A stretch of DNA of 64,000 bases, taken from positions 335,816 through 399,815 of the forward strand of contig CBDEHK010000001.1 in assembly GCA_965238305.1 (NCBI GenBank), written 5' to 3'. This document shows, in pieces, positions 32,581-42,046 of this stretch; the stretch's first letter is position 1, and each line of letters begins with the position of its first letter. Below the pieces are notes generated by a model, which did no database searches, was not told the DNA's origin, and was given only the letters and a program-made list of their open reading frames with translations. Made by a program: the position numbers and the translations under genes. This DNA is from Alphaproteobacteria bacterium. Lineage in GTDB: Bacteria; Pseudomonadota; Alphaproteobacteria; GCA-2731375.

Positions 32581-33993
32581 ATGAGTGAAGATAACTTCGA
32601 CGTCATATTTATAGGCGGCGGCCCGGGTGGTTATGCCGGGGCGATTAAAGCGGCGCAGCTGGGTCTGAAAACGGCTTGCGTTGAAAGCCGCGGCAGTTTG
32701 GGCGGCACCTGCCTGAATGTAGGCTGCATTCCCTCGAAAGCGCTGCTGGAAAGCTCGCATCACTATGCGACGGCAAAAGAGGAATTCGCCGAACATGGCA
32801 TCAAAGCGGACGGCTTAACCGTCGACCTGCAAGCGATGATGAAACGCAAAGACGATGTCGTCTCCGGCCTGACCGAAGGCATTGAAGGGTTATTCAAGAA
32901 AAACAAAGTTGAATATATCGAAGGTCATGGAACCATCGAAACTGCCGGTAAAGTCGCGGTTAAGATGAACGATGGCGATGATCGCACGTTAGAAACGGAA
33001 AACATTGTGATCGCCACCGGCTCTGATGTCATGGGGTTGCCGGGCATTAAAATCGACGAGAAAAAAGTCGTTTCCTCCACCGGCGCGCTCGCCCTCGACA
33101 AAGTGCCAAAACATCTTGTTGTTGTTGGCGGCGGTTATATTGGCCTTGAAATGGGATCGGTTTGGGCCCGCCTGGGATCGAAAGTTACCGTTGTTGAATT
33201 TCTCGACCGGATCACGCCGGGCATGGATACCGAATTGTCCCGCCACTTGATGCGGGCGCTCACCGCCCAAGGCATGGAGTTCCGCCTGAAAACCAAAGTC
33301 ACCGGCGCTGCGGTCACGAAATCCGGTGTCGACCTAACCGTTGAGCCGGCCGCCGGCGGTGATGAGGAAGTCATCAAGGCGAACACAGTCCTTGTCTCTA
33401 TCGGTCGCAAACCCTTCACCGATGGCCTGGGTCTGAAAGAAGCGGGCGTCGAAATGGATGCGCGTGGTTTTGTCCCGGTCGACGAAGATTATCAAACCAA
33501 TATAACCGGCATCTTCGCCATTGGCGACGTGATCCCGGACAAGCCGATGCTGGCCCATAAGGCGGAAGAAGAGGGCGCGGTCGTCGCCGAACTGCTGGCC
33601 GGCCATGTCGGTGCGGTGAATTACGGCGCCATCCCCGGCGTCGTCTATACTTGGCCGGAAGTCGCCACGGTCGGCAAAAGCGAAGACGAATTAAAAACCG
33701 ACGGGATCAAATACAACAAGGGCCGCTTCCCCTTTGCCGCCAATAGTCGGGCCCGCGCCACCGGCGACCAGGAAGGATTTGTCAAGATCCTGGCCGATGC
33801 CACAACCGACCAGGTGCTGGGTGCGCATATCATCGGTCCCGACGCCGGCACCATGATTGCGGAACTAGTCCTAGCGATTGACGCCGGCTTAAGTGCGGAA
33901 GATGTTGCCCTGACCTGTCATGCCCACCCGACCCTGAACGAAGCGGTCAAAGAAGCCGCCATGTCAGTGAACGGCAAACCGATCAATATGTGA
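32581..33993 (+). CDS. lpdA: Dihydrolipoyl dehydrogenase (E3)
   Basis: FAD motif (DVIFIGGGPGGY), redox-active disulfide (GGTCLNVGCIPSK) and C-terminal HAHPTLNE. Confidence 0.95.
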   Translation: MSEDNFDVIFIGGGPGGYAGAIKAAQLGLKTACVESRGSLGGTCLNVGCIPSKALLESSHHYATAKEEFAEHGIKADGLTVDLQAMMKRKDDVVSGLTEGIEGLFKKNKVEYIEGHGTIETAGKVAVKMNDGDDRTLETENIVIATGSDVMGLPGIKIDEKKVVSSTGALALDKVPKHLVVVGGGYIGLEMGSVWARLGSKVTVVEFLDRITPGMDTELSRHLMRALTAQGMEFRLKTKVTGAAVTKSGVDLTVEPAAGGDEEVIKANTVLVSIGRKPFTDGLGLKEAGVEMDARGFVPVDEDYQTNITGIFAIGDVIPDKPMLAHKAEEEGAVVAELLAGHVGAVNYGAIPGVVYTWPEVATVGKSEDELKTDGIKYNKGRFPFAANSRARATGDQEGFVKILADATTDQVLGAHIIGPDAGTMIAELVLAIDAGLSAEDVALTCHAHPTLNEAVKEAAMSVNGKPINM

Positions 33994-34003
33994 TTTCCCG
34001 CGC

Positions 34004-34468
34004 ATGGCCGAAGATGGACTAAAATTTGTCTGGGGTGAATTCGACGATCTGACAAATCGCGATCTGTATGCGACTTTGCAACTGCGTCAGAACGTTTTTG
34101 TGCTGGAGCAGAAGTGTTTCTATCCCGATATCGATGGCCTGGATCCCGAAGCGTTCCATTTGCAGGCCCAGGATCGACAATCGGGGGCGCTTGCCGGATA
34201 TCTTCGGGTGCTTTGGGAAGACCCTGACCTGGCGCGTATCGGCCGGGTCGTGGTCGATCCGGCTTTTCGCCGCCGTGGTTTATCCGACAGCATGTTACAA
34301 GTCGCCATCCGGCGAATTCGCGGCGAGCAGCCGGCGGCGACGATTATGTTATCGGCGCAAAGTTATCTGATCGAAATGTATGCCCGCGCCGGTTTCCAAG
34401 TTACCTCGGAAGAATATCTCGAAGACGGTATTCCCCATACCGACATGTCGTTACCGCCCGCCACCTGA
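34004..34468 (+). CDS. GNAT-family N-acetyltransferase (ElaA-like)
   Basis: Reads DLYATLQLRQNVFVLEQKCFYPDIDGLD, as in ElaA-type GNATs, with an acetyl-CoA loop (RRRGLSDSML). Confidence 0.8.
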   Translation: MAEDGLKFVWGEFDDLTNRDLYATLQLRQNVFVLEQKCFYPDIDGLDPEAFHLQAQDRQSGALAGYLRVLWEDPDLARIGRVVVDPAFRRRGLSDSMLQVAIRRIRGEQPAATIMLSAQSYLIEMYARAGFQVTSEEYLEDGIPHTDMSLPPAT

Positions 34469-35449
34469 GCGGGCCCGGGGATGAGATTTATTGTAGATAT
34501 CCAACAGCCGTTGCGTGTCGACTTCGGTATAGCGTTGGGTCGTCGAAAGGCTGGCATGGCCAAGCAATTCCTGGATCGTTCTTAAATCACCGCCACCGCC
34601 GAGTAGATGGGTAGCAAAGGAATGACGCAAAGCGTGCGGTGTCGCCGTTTCCGGCAAACTCAGCAACCGGCGGACCTCCTGCAGGCGGCCTTGAATGATA
34701 CGCGGGTTCAGACGTTTGCCGCGAATTCCGACAAAAAGCGGCCCCTCAGCGGACAATAGATGTGGGCAGAGATCGACATATTCATCGACCGCCTCGCGCA
34801 CCACCGGCAGCGTTGGCACCAACCGGTCTTTGCCGCCTTTACCACGAATATGCAACGCCTCACCCAGCGGCGCATCTTGTCGGTCCAATAACAAGGCTTC
34901 CGAAATCCGCAAGCCACAACCATAAAGCAGCAAAATTACCGCCAGGTCGCGGGCCTGCACCCAAGCCCGCGGGTCCAGCGACGGCAATTCATCCTGCACC
35001 GCTTGAGTTTCGGAAACGGACAATGGTTTCGGGATCGAATGCGGCAGCTTCGGCGTTCGGACATTGCTGATCGCCGCATTTTTGAATATTTGATTGCGCT
35101 CGCCATAGCGAAATAGACTGCGCACCGCCGAAAAACCGCGGGCGATGGAGGTCGTGGTCATGCCGGCGTTATGCTGTCGGCTCAAATAGGCGCGGAAGTC
35201 CATCGTCGACAGATCCGCTAGGGCTGCAAGCGAGATTTGCGCGGCCAAATGATCAAACAGGAAGGTGTAAAATGTCAGCAGATCGTGGGCATAAGCGGTT
35301 TGCGTATGCGCGGCGACCCGGCGCTCCGTTTGCAACCAAACAAACCAGGCTTGGGTAAGTTTGATAATGTCCCGATCACCATATACCGCCAGGCGGTCGT
35401 TATCGAACTCGATTGCGGGCTGGCCCGCTATACCGGCAGATCCAACCAT
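34451..35449 (-). CDS. xerC: Tyrosine recombinase XerC
   Basis: 332-aa ORF with the catalytic RHxxR...Y set (GLRISEA, HALRHSFATHLL, LGHASLSTTQRYT). It lies immediately downstream of a DUF484 gene, matching the yigA-xerC arrangement in E. coli. Confidence 0.85.
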   Translation of the reverse strand: MVGSAGIAGQPAIEFDNDRLAVYGDRDIIKLTQAWFVWLQTERRVAAHTQTAYAHDLLTFYTFLFDHLAAQISLAALADLSTMDFRAYLSRQHNAGMTTTSIARGFSAVRSLFRYGERNQIFKNAAISNVRTPKLPHSIPKPLSVSETQAVQDELPSLDPRAWVQARDLAVILLLYGCGLRISEALLLDRQDAPLGEALHIRGKGGKDRLVPTLPVVREAVDEYVDLCPHLLSAEGPLFVGIRGKRLNPRIIQGRLQEVRRLLSLPETATPHALRHSFATHLLGGGGDLRTIQELLGHASLSTTQRYTEVDTQRLLDIYNKSHPRARSGGGR

Positions 35450-36156
35450 GCCCGAAACTGTTGTTCAATCACATTAACCAGAAAGCGTAAAAGTTCGGTT
35501 CCCTGCCCCGATTGGAATTTATCTTTGTCCCGGGAACCGAGCGCCAAGACCCCAACCGATGCTTTCGAGGATATATTCATCCGCGCGAGCGCAAAACTAT
35601 TGACCACGCCACTGGCCGGACCAAAGATAACAGTGTCTGGCGGCGAGCCTTCTTGCAGTAAAAATTCCTCGCCCGGGCCCAAAATATTGTCGACCGCATC
35701 TTGCGGCAAAACATAAACGGCGGAGCGGCCGACCTGACCCAAAGGATCATTGTTCGCGGCTTCCACACAAAGACTGACCACATCGATACGCAGAATATCG
35801 GCCAAATCATTGGTGATGATATTGACCATGCGTTCAAAACTATCGGCGGACAGGATCGACAAAATCCCGTCTTGCACTTCCGTCTGCGCTTTCACGTTGG
35901 CGCGCCACGCTTCAACAATATCGCCTTGCGAGCCTTCCAGGCGACCGACATCTTGACGCAGGCGCTCGACCATGAATTGTTGCAAGTCGACAACCTGACG
36001 CTCCTGATAACGTTCTGCCGGCGTCAATTGACGTAGAATATCGGCATTTTCATCAAAGAATTGCGGGTGGTCGAGGAGATATTGGCGAACCAGGTCCGCC
36101 GACACAGTACTCGCTACCGCGATTTCCGATTTCTTCTGTTTCTTTTCACTCGACAT
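35428..36156 (-). CDS. DUF484-family protein (YigA-like)
   Basis: 242-aa ORF with N-terminal VRQYLLDHPQFFDENADIL and a GAF-like C-terminal half. It overlaps the xerC start by 22 nt. Confidence 0.8.
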   Translation of the reverse strand: MSSEKKQKKSEIAVASTVSADLVRQYLLDHPQFFDENADILRQLTPAERYQERQVVDLQQFMVERLRQDVGRLEGSQGDIVEAWRANVKAQTEVQDGILSILSADSFERMVNIITNDLADILRIDVVSLCVEAANNDPLGQVGRSAVYVLPQDAVDNILGPGEEFLLQEGSPPDTVIFGPASGVVNSFALARMNISSKASVGVLALGSRDKDKFQSGQGTELLRFLVNVIEQQFRAWLDLPV

Positions 36157-36172
36157 TTACAAAACCACCACG

Positions 36173-36832
36173 CTAATCAACAATCTTCTGTCCGGTTTTT
36201 TCCCAATCCGCCAAGAACGCTTCCAAACCTTTGTCGGTCAGCGGATGCTTGGCCAATTGCCGGATCACATTCGCCGGCATCGTCGCGACATCCGCGCCCA
36301 AGCGGGCGGACTGCAAAACATGCTCTGTATGACGAATAGAGGCGACCAACACTTCGGTGGTGAATTCGTCATAATTATCATAGATGTCAACAATATCGGC
36401 GATCAATTCCATCCCATCCAGACCAATATCATCGAGGCGTCCGACAAATGGCGAGATGAAAGTGGCGCCGGCTTTAGCTGCCAACAACGCCTGATTGGCA
36501 GAGAAACACAAGGTCACATTGACCATCTTGCCTTGATCCGACAGGGTCCGACAGGCCTTGAGGCCAGCCATGGTCAAGGGAACTTTGATACAAATATTGT
36601 CCGCTATTTTGGTCAAACGCGCCGCTTCCGCCAACATCCCATCAGTATCCAAGGCCGTAACTTCGGCACTCACCGGACCTTCGACGATGTCGCAAATCTC
36701 CGCCACGACTTCAAAAAAATCGCGGCCTGTTTTGGCGATCAAAGAGGGGTTGGTTGTAACCCCATCCAACAGCCCAGTTGCCGCCATATCCCGGATTTCT
36801 GCCGTGTCGGCTGTGTCGACAAAAAACTTCAT
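36173..36832 (-). CDS. tal: Short-type transaldolase / fructose-6-phosphate aldolase family protein
   Basis: Reads [34 protein letters not shown], with the Schiff-base lysine context ICIKVP and SPFVGRLDD. Confidence 0.9.
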   Translation of the reverse strand: MKFFVDTADTAEIRDMAATGLLDGVTTNPSLIAKTGRDFFEVVAEICDIVEGPVSAEVTALDTDGMLAEAARLTKIADNICIKVPLTMAGLKACRTLSDQGKMVNVTLCFSANQALLAAKAGATFISPFVGRLDDIGLDGMELIADIVDIYDNYDEFTTEVLVASIRHTEHVLQSARLGADVATMPANVIRQLAKHPLTDKGLEAFLADWEKTGQKIVD

Positions 36833-36893
36833 ACGAAAGACCCTTTGTACCGTTACCCTATGATTGATTCGAATCTTGAAAAGAGTTTAACCG

Positions 36894-39110
36894 ATGGCGG
36901 ATGCACAAGCCAGCATTTGGGAAGACCGGCGGCAACGTTGTCACGTGTTATTGCCGTTGCCCTTGGGCACCGCCTATGATTATGCCATACCAAGCGAAAT
37001 GCCGGTGGAAGTCGGCAGTTTTGTCCGCGTACCGCTTGGCAATCGTATGGTCAACGGGGTGATTTGGGGATTAGGCAGCGCCGATCCCGAAAATGCCGTC
37101 GGCGACAATCGGCTGCGCGATATCGCCGACGATCATCCGGTGCCTCCGATGCCTGAAGTTACGCGCCAGTTCGTCGAATGGGTGGCGAATTACACCTGCA
37201 ACGATGTCGGTTCGGTCTTGCGGATGGCGATGAGTGCGCCTGCCGCCCTGGAAGTGCCGAAACCGCGGCTTGCGTTCGAACTTTCCGGTCCCCCGCCTGA
37301 TCGCATGACCCCGGCGCGTAGCCGGGTGATCGATTTATTGGCGGCACAACCGTCCCCGACCCCCCTGTCGATGGCAGAAATCACCACCCATGCCGGCGTC
37401 GGCAATAGCGTGGTTCGTGGCCTTCTGAGCGCCGGCACCATTGCCGAAGTGTTCTTGAGTGGCGAAGCGGCTTATCCCCGCCCCGACCCAAACTGCAAAG
37501 GCCCCATATTAACCGCCGATCAATCGTCGGTCGCGGAAGCTTTGGTCAAAGAGGTCAATAAAGGCGGATACAAAGCCGCCCTCATTGACGGTGTTACTGG
37601 GGCCGGCAAAACCGAAGTTTATTTCGAAGCCGTCGGCGAAGCGCTGCGGCAAAACAAACAAGTAGCGGTCTTGTTGCCGGAAATTTCATTGACCTCGCAA
37701 TGGCTTACACGTTTTGAGGATCGCTTCGGTGTGGCCCCGACGCTTTGGCATTCAGAACTGAAAACGGCGGAACGCCGACGCAACTGGCGGGCCATTGCCG
37801 ATGGCCGAGCTCGCGTCGTGGTCGGCGCCCGCTCCGCTTTATTCCTGCCCTATAATGCCTTGGGCCTGATCGTCGTCGACGAAGAACATGATCGCGCCTT
37901 CAAGCAGGAAGATGGGGTTATTTATCATGCCCGTGACATGGCCGTGGCCCGTGCCTCCCTCGCGGATATTCCAATTATTCTCGCCTCGGCCACCCCCAGC
38001 CTGGAAAGCTTGATGAATGCAGAGCGCGGCCGCTATGACATACACCGGCTCAGCAAGCGGGTCGGCGGCGCCGAGTTACCGGATATCGAAGCCATCGACA
38101 TGCGCGTTGCTCCGCCGTTGCGGGGCGAATGGCTGTCGCCCATCCTCATCGAGGCGGTCAGCGAACGGTTGGAGAAACAGGAGCAATCCCTGCTGTTCCT
38201 GAACCGCCGGGGATACGCGCCATTGACCCTATGCCGAACCTGTGGGCATCGTTTGGAATGCCCTCATTGCAGCGCCTGGCTGGTCGAACATCGGTTTCAT
38301 GGCCGACTGCAATGTCACCATTGCGGTTTCTCCATGCGCCAACCCGATACCTGCCCAGAATGCGAATCGGAAGCGTCCTTAGTCGCCTGCGGCCCTGGTG
38401 TCGAGCGCTTGTTGGAGGAAGTCGGCGTGCATTGGCCCGACGCCCGGGCCATGGTGATCGCCAGCGACACGGTCTACAAACCGGCGATGGTGGTCGAAGC
38501 CATCCGCCGGATCAAGGATCACGAAGTCGATTTGATCATCGGCACCCAGATCATCGCCAAGGGTCATCATTTCCCGCTTTTGACCCTGGTCGGTGTGGTT
38601 GATGCCGATCTTGGTTTGAATGGCGGCGATTTGCGGGCCGCAGAATTGACCTTTCAACTTCTGTCACAAGTTTCCGGACGGGCGGGACGGGCGGAAAAAC
38701 CAGGCCAAGCCATGTTGCAGACCCATATGCCGGAACATCCGGTGATGCAGGCCATGGTCTCCGGCGATCGCGATCGCTTCCTGGCCCAAGAGCAGGAAGC
38801 CCGAAAGCTGCAAGGGCTGCCTCCATTTGGGCGTTTGCTGGCATTAATCATCTCCGGGCCGGACGAAGCACTGGTGCAGGAGACGGCAAACCGGTTCGCC
38901 CGCCAGGCACCGCGAAATTCAGCGGTCAATGTCCTTGGCCCGGCGCCCGCACCCTTAACCTTGTTAAGAGGTCGGTTTCGCTATCGCTTGTTAATGAAAG
39001 CAACGCGTTCGACCGATATTTCCGCGTTGGCGCGGCAATGGCGGGCAAGCGTCGACGTCCCCAACAATATCAGGGTTGCGGTTGATATCGATCCCTATAG
39101 CTTCCTTTAA
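36894..39110 (+). CDS. priA: Primosomal replication-restart helicase PriA
   Basis: 738-aa ORF with Walker A (GVTGAGKTEVY), DEEHD and Cys-rich zinc fingers (CRTCGHRLECPHCSAWLVEHRFHGRLQCHHCG). Confidence 0.94.
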   Translation: MADAQASIWEDRRQRCHVLLPLPLGTAYDYAIPSEMPVEVGSFVRVPLGNRMVNGVIWGLGSADPENAVGDNRLRDIADDHPVPPMPEVTRQFVEWVANYTCNDVGSVLRMAMSAPAALEVPKPRLAFELSGPPPDRMTPARSRVIDLLAAQPSPTPLSMAEITTHAGVGNSVVRGLLSAGTIAEVFLSGEAAYPRPDPNCKGPILTADQSSVAEALVKEVNKGGYKAALIDGVTGAGKTEVYFEAVGEALRQNKQVAVLLPEISLTSQWLTRFEDRFGVAPTLWHSELKTAERRRNWRAIADGRARVVVGARSALFLPYNALGLIVVDEEHDRAFKQEDGVIYHARDMAVARASLADIPIILASATPSLESLMNAERGRYDIHRLSKRVGGAELPDIEAIDMRVAPPLRGEWLSPILIEAVSERLEKQEQSLLFLNRRGYAPLTLCRTCGHRLECPHCSAWLVEHRFHGRLQCHHCGFSMRQPDTCPECESEASLVACGPGVERLLEEVGVHWPDARAMVIASDTVYKPAMVVEAIRRIKDHEVDLIIGTQIIAKGHHFPLLTLVGVVDADLGLNGGDLRAAELTFQLLSQVSGRAGRAEKPGQAMLQTHMPEHPVMQAMVSGDRDRFLAQEQEARKLQGLPPFGRLLALIISGPDEALVQETANRFARQAPRNSAVNVLGPAPAPLTLLRGRFRYRLLMKATRSTDISALARQWRASVDVPNNIRVAVDIDPYSFL

Positions 39111-39274
39111 TCAACTGTTGCGTACTATTTCAATTACGTCTCACGTATTCGTCAGGCCAGTTGATTGGTGTTTTTGGTCCTAAAAGCGCAAGTCTAAAAT
39201 GTTGGTAGACCGGGGAACAAAATTGGCCTGGCAACACTATTAAAACAATCACAACAAATAAGAGGCGAACTCGA

Positions 39275-39679
39275 ATGTTGAACAAAAAAACCATTGCGGT
39301 TGCGGCCCTTTTGACGATGGCTGCCGCCGCCCCGCTGCCGATGGCTTATGCCAGTTGCGCGCCCAAAGGCTGCGGTGCCAAAAAATCCTGCAATGCCAAT
39401 CCGTGCGCAACAACGAAAAAAGGCTGTGGCGCCTGCAATCCAAGCGCAACGGCGAAAAAGAAGTGCAACCCCTGTAATCCGTGCGCAACAACGAAAAAGG
39501 GTTGTGGCGCCTGTAATCCGTGTGCAACGGCGAAAAAGAAGTGCAACCCCTGCAATCCGTGCGCAACAACGAAAAAGGGTTGTGGTGCCTGTAATCCATG
39601 CGCAACGGCGAAAAAATGCAACCCCTGCAATCCGTGCGCGACGAAGAAAAAATGCAATCCTTGCAAACCTAAGTCCTAA
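39275..39679 (+). CDS. Secreted, highly basic, cysteine-rich CNPC-repeat protein of unknown function
   Basis: AGAGG lies 9 nt upstream of the ATG. The N-terminus is a Sec-type signal (MLNKKTIAVAALLTMAAAAPLPMAYA). The mature part consists of CNPCNPCATTKKGCGACNPCATAKKK units. A hairpin plus T-tract follows at 39738-39770. Confidence 0.75.
   Translation: MLNKKTIAVAALLTMAAAAPLPMAYASCAPKGCGAKKSCNANPCATTKKGCGACNPSATAKKKCNPCNPCATTKKGCGACNPCATAKKKCNPCNPCATTKKGCGACNPCATAKKCNPCNPCATKKKCNPCKPKS
39398..39660 (+). repeat. Coding tandem repeat: units of 78, 78 and 75 bp plus a partial fourth unit, near-identical
   Basis: Units begin with AATCCGTGCGCAACAACG at 39398, 39476 and 39554, with a degenerate copy at 39629. 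They differ only at a few mostly synonymous positions and by one Lys codon. Confidence 0.9.
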
Positions 39680-39737
39680 TCCCGACTTCCTCCATCGATT
39701 TGGGACATACCAAGACAATATTGGCCAAGTCGATTTC

Positions 39738-39770
39738 GGGCTCGCGCCGGCACAGCGCGGGCCCATTTTC
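39738..39770 (+). terminator. Putative Rho-independent terminator of the Cys-rich gene
   Basis: GGGCTCGCGC (39738-39747) pairs with GCGCGGGCCC (39755-39764) with one G-U pair. The loop is 7 nt, and ATTTTC follows. Confidence 0.6.
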
Positions 39771-39857
39771 ATAACCTCGCTCTTTTCCGTGGCCGTCACC
39801 GATCAGACCGCGTAATCTGCCGCCCTTATTGGTTGCTTATTTGTGGGTTTGAGATTG

Positions 39858-40838
39858 ATGCGAATTGTTATTTATGGAGCCGGCGCCATTGGCGGGGTGA
39901 TTGGCGCCGAACTGTTTGAAGCCGGGCATGAGGTTTTGCTGATTGCCCGCGGCGCGCATTTTGCCGCCATCAAAGAAAACGGGCTCCATTATCAAACGCC
40001 AAAAAAGTCGACCGTTCTTGCGATTCCGGTCGCAGCGCATCCGAATGAAGTTACTTTTGGAACCGATGACGTTGTTTTTTTATGCATGAAATCACAACAT
40101 ACGACAGCCGCATTACAAGATCTACGCGCCGCCGCCGGCGACCAGATCCCCGTAATCTGCTGCCAAAACAGCGTTGCCAACGAACGCATGGCGGCAAGGT
40201 TGTTTGCCCATGTCTATGCCATGTTGGTATATTTGCCGGCGGAAGCCCTGGAACCGGGAAAAGTCGTCACTCACGCGGCTAACAAAATTGGCGTGCTGGA
40301 TGCCGGTTGTTATCCAAGCGGTGTCGACGAACTGATTACCGATGTCACGGCTACGTTGGAAAGCGCAAATTTTAGCGCCCAACCAACTGAACAAGTGATG
40401 CGATTTAAGTATGCCAAGATGTTGACCAATCTATCGAACGCCTTGAACGCCGCCTGTCCGTCAAGTGACCAAGCGAAATCAATTCGCAAAATACTTCGCA
40501 CTGAAGGTGAAGCAAGCTTAACGGCCGCTGGTATCGATTTCGCCAGTCGGACGGAAGAGGCGGCAAGGCGTGGCGATCTGATGAAATTCGGCGAAGTTGA
40601 TGGGCATCCGCGCGGCGGCGGCTCGTCGTGGCAAAGCATCATGCGCGGCACTGGCGATATTGAAACCGATTATCTGAATGGCGAAATCGCCCTCTTGGGT
40701 CGGCAGTTTGGCGTCCCAACACCGGCGAATATGGTCCTGCAACGCACCGCCAATCAACTTGCCCGCCAGCAAGGTACGGCGCAAAGTATCGCCGCCGGTA
40801 TTTTGCTGGATGAAATCGAAGCCCTGTCGGGCACGTAA
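39858..40838 (+). CDS. Ketopantoate reductase (PanE/ApbA) family oxidoreductase
   Basis: Reads MRIVIYGAGAIGGVIGAELFEAGHEVLLIARG (Rossmann fold). The ORF is open from a GTG at 39843. Confidence 0.85.
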   Translation: MRIVIYGAGAIGGVIGAELFEAGHEVLLIARGAHFAAIKENGLHYQTPKKSTVLAIPVAAHPNEVTFGTDDVVFLCMKSQHTTAALQDLRAAAGDQIPVICCQNSVANERMAARLFAHVYAMLVYLPAEALEPGKVVTHAANKIGVLDAGCYPSGVDELITDVTATLESANFSAQPTEQVMRFKYAKMLTNLSNALNAACPSSDQAKSIRKILRTEGEASLTAAGIDFASRTEEAARRGDLMKFGEVDGHPRGGGSSWQSIMRGTGDIETDYLNGEIALLGRQFGVPTPANMVLQRTANQLARQQGTAQSIAAGILLDEIEALSGT

Positions 40839-40901
40839 TATCATCTGGCCAAGAAATGCGTTAGGCTGAACACCGCAAACCAAAGATTATCGAGGATAAG
40901 T

Positions 40902-41036
40902 ATGCCCGATACCATCGATTACCCCGAAGGCGCCCGATTTATCCGCATCACCGGTACGGATATCGACGATTTGCCGATCCGGCTGTTCAAAGATGTGGAT
41001 GTGCGAAAGACCATCGAAAAATATCTAGGGGCCTGA
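40902..41036 (+). CDS. Candidate 44-aa small protein (MPDTIDYPEGARFIRITGTDIDDLPIRLFKDVDVRKTIEKYLGA)
   Basis: It falls below the ORF-track cutoff. GAGGA lies about 5 nt upstream of the ATG. Its TGA (41034-41036) is 1 nt before the TTG start of the downstream amidohydrolase. Confidence 0.35.
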   Translation: MPDTIDYPEGARFIRITGTDIDDLPIRLFKDVDVRKTIEKYLGA

Positions 41037-41037
41037 T

Positions 41038-42039
41038 TTGGTTGTCGATTTCCACACCCACTGGGTGCCGCCGGCACTTGCAGATTGTCTTCGCCAACGC
41101 AAGATCGCGCCATGGATAGAAACCCAAGGGGATGGCAGCGAACGCCTGCATATGCCGGTCGGTGTCTTGCCTTATGATGAAAGTTATAGCGATATCCAGG
41201 CCCGCCTTCGTTTCATGGACGAACATCGGATCGCGACCCAGGTGCTGTCTTTTCCTGGGCTATTTGGTTTGGATACACGACCGGCTGCGGAAGCCATGCC
41301 GCTGTTGGAACTTTACAACGATGCCACCGCCGCCGTGGTGAAGGCGTATCCGGGGCGCTTCATCGGCCTAGCTTCCCTGCCGCTTGCGGATCTGGATTTG
41401 GCAGCGCAGGTTTATCGCCGGGCGCGCCGGGACCTGGGTATGTCAGGCGCAATTCTGTCGAACAATTTTTTCACATCGCTTCAGCACGCGGCGTTATTGC
41501 GACCGCTGCTGACCGCTGCGAATGACGAAGGTGGACATATCTTTATCCACCCGGGCCGCCGCCCGGACGAAGTCGAAGCCATGGATGCCGCCGGTACCGA
41601 TCGATACGTCGACAATATTATGGCCCGGCGCCAGCTAGAAATTCAGCACGATGTCGCCCAAGCGATGGTGACTTTGTTGTGGGGCGATCTACTGGATGGG
41701 CTGAACGATATCACCCTGCATATCGCCAATATCGGCGGCACCTTACCGCTGGTGATCGAGCGCATGGATCAGAACGTCAAATTACGCGCGCCGGAGCCGA
41801 TCTTGCCGTCGGCGCGATTACGGAATAGCCAAATCTATGTCGATTGCTCATCCATGGGTCCCGACGCTATCACCGCGGCAGTACGTTGTTATGGCGCCGA
41901 CGGGGTGCTCTTCGGCAGCGACTGCCCGATCTACCGCAGCGATTGGACCCTGGCGGCGGTGCACGACGCCGCAATTTCAACGGCGGACAAACAACTATTG
42001 TTGAATGGGAACGCGGAGATATTGCAGAAGGCCTGGTAA
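41038..42039 (+). CDS. Amidohydrolase_2 (ACMSD-like decarboxylase/hydratase) family protein
   Basis: N-terminal metal-binding VVDFHTHWVPP, then FIHPG and a C-terminal VLFGSDCP motif. The apparent start is TTG. Confidence 0.85.
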   Translation: MVVDFHTHWVPPALADCLRQRKIAPWIETQGDGSERLHMPVGVLPYDESYSDIQARLRFMDEHRIATQVLSFPGLFGLDTRPAAEAMPLLELYNDATAAVVKAYPGRFIGLASLPLADLDLAAQVYRRARRDLGMSGAILSNNFFTSLQHAALLRPLLTAANDEGGHIFIHPGRRPDEVEAMDAAGTDRYVDNIMARRQLEIQHDVAQAMVTLLWGDLLDGLNDITLHIANIGGTLPLVIERMDQNVKLRAPEPILPSARLRNSQIYVDCSSMGPDAITAAVRCYGADGVLFGSDCPIYRSDWTLAAVHDAAISTADKQLLLNGNAEILQKAW

Positions 42040-42046
42040 GCCCAAA

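Noticed and set aside
39398-39660. Possible CRISPR-like or non-coding tandem array.
   Set aside because: The units are contiguous with no spacers. They are in frame, maintain an ORF behind a signal peptide, and differ mainly at synonymous sites, so this is a coding repeat. I saw no CRISPR array anywhere in the window.
39194-39815. Four long overlapping ORFs (three on the minus strand, one in an alternative plus-strand frame) across the Cys-rich repeat gene.
   Set aside because: The repeat is free of stop codons in nearly all frames because of its restricted composition. Only the 39275 frame has a Shine-Dalgarno, a signal peptide and a downstream terminator. The other frames give Arg/Gln/Phe low-complexity sequence with no start context.
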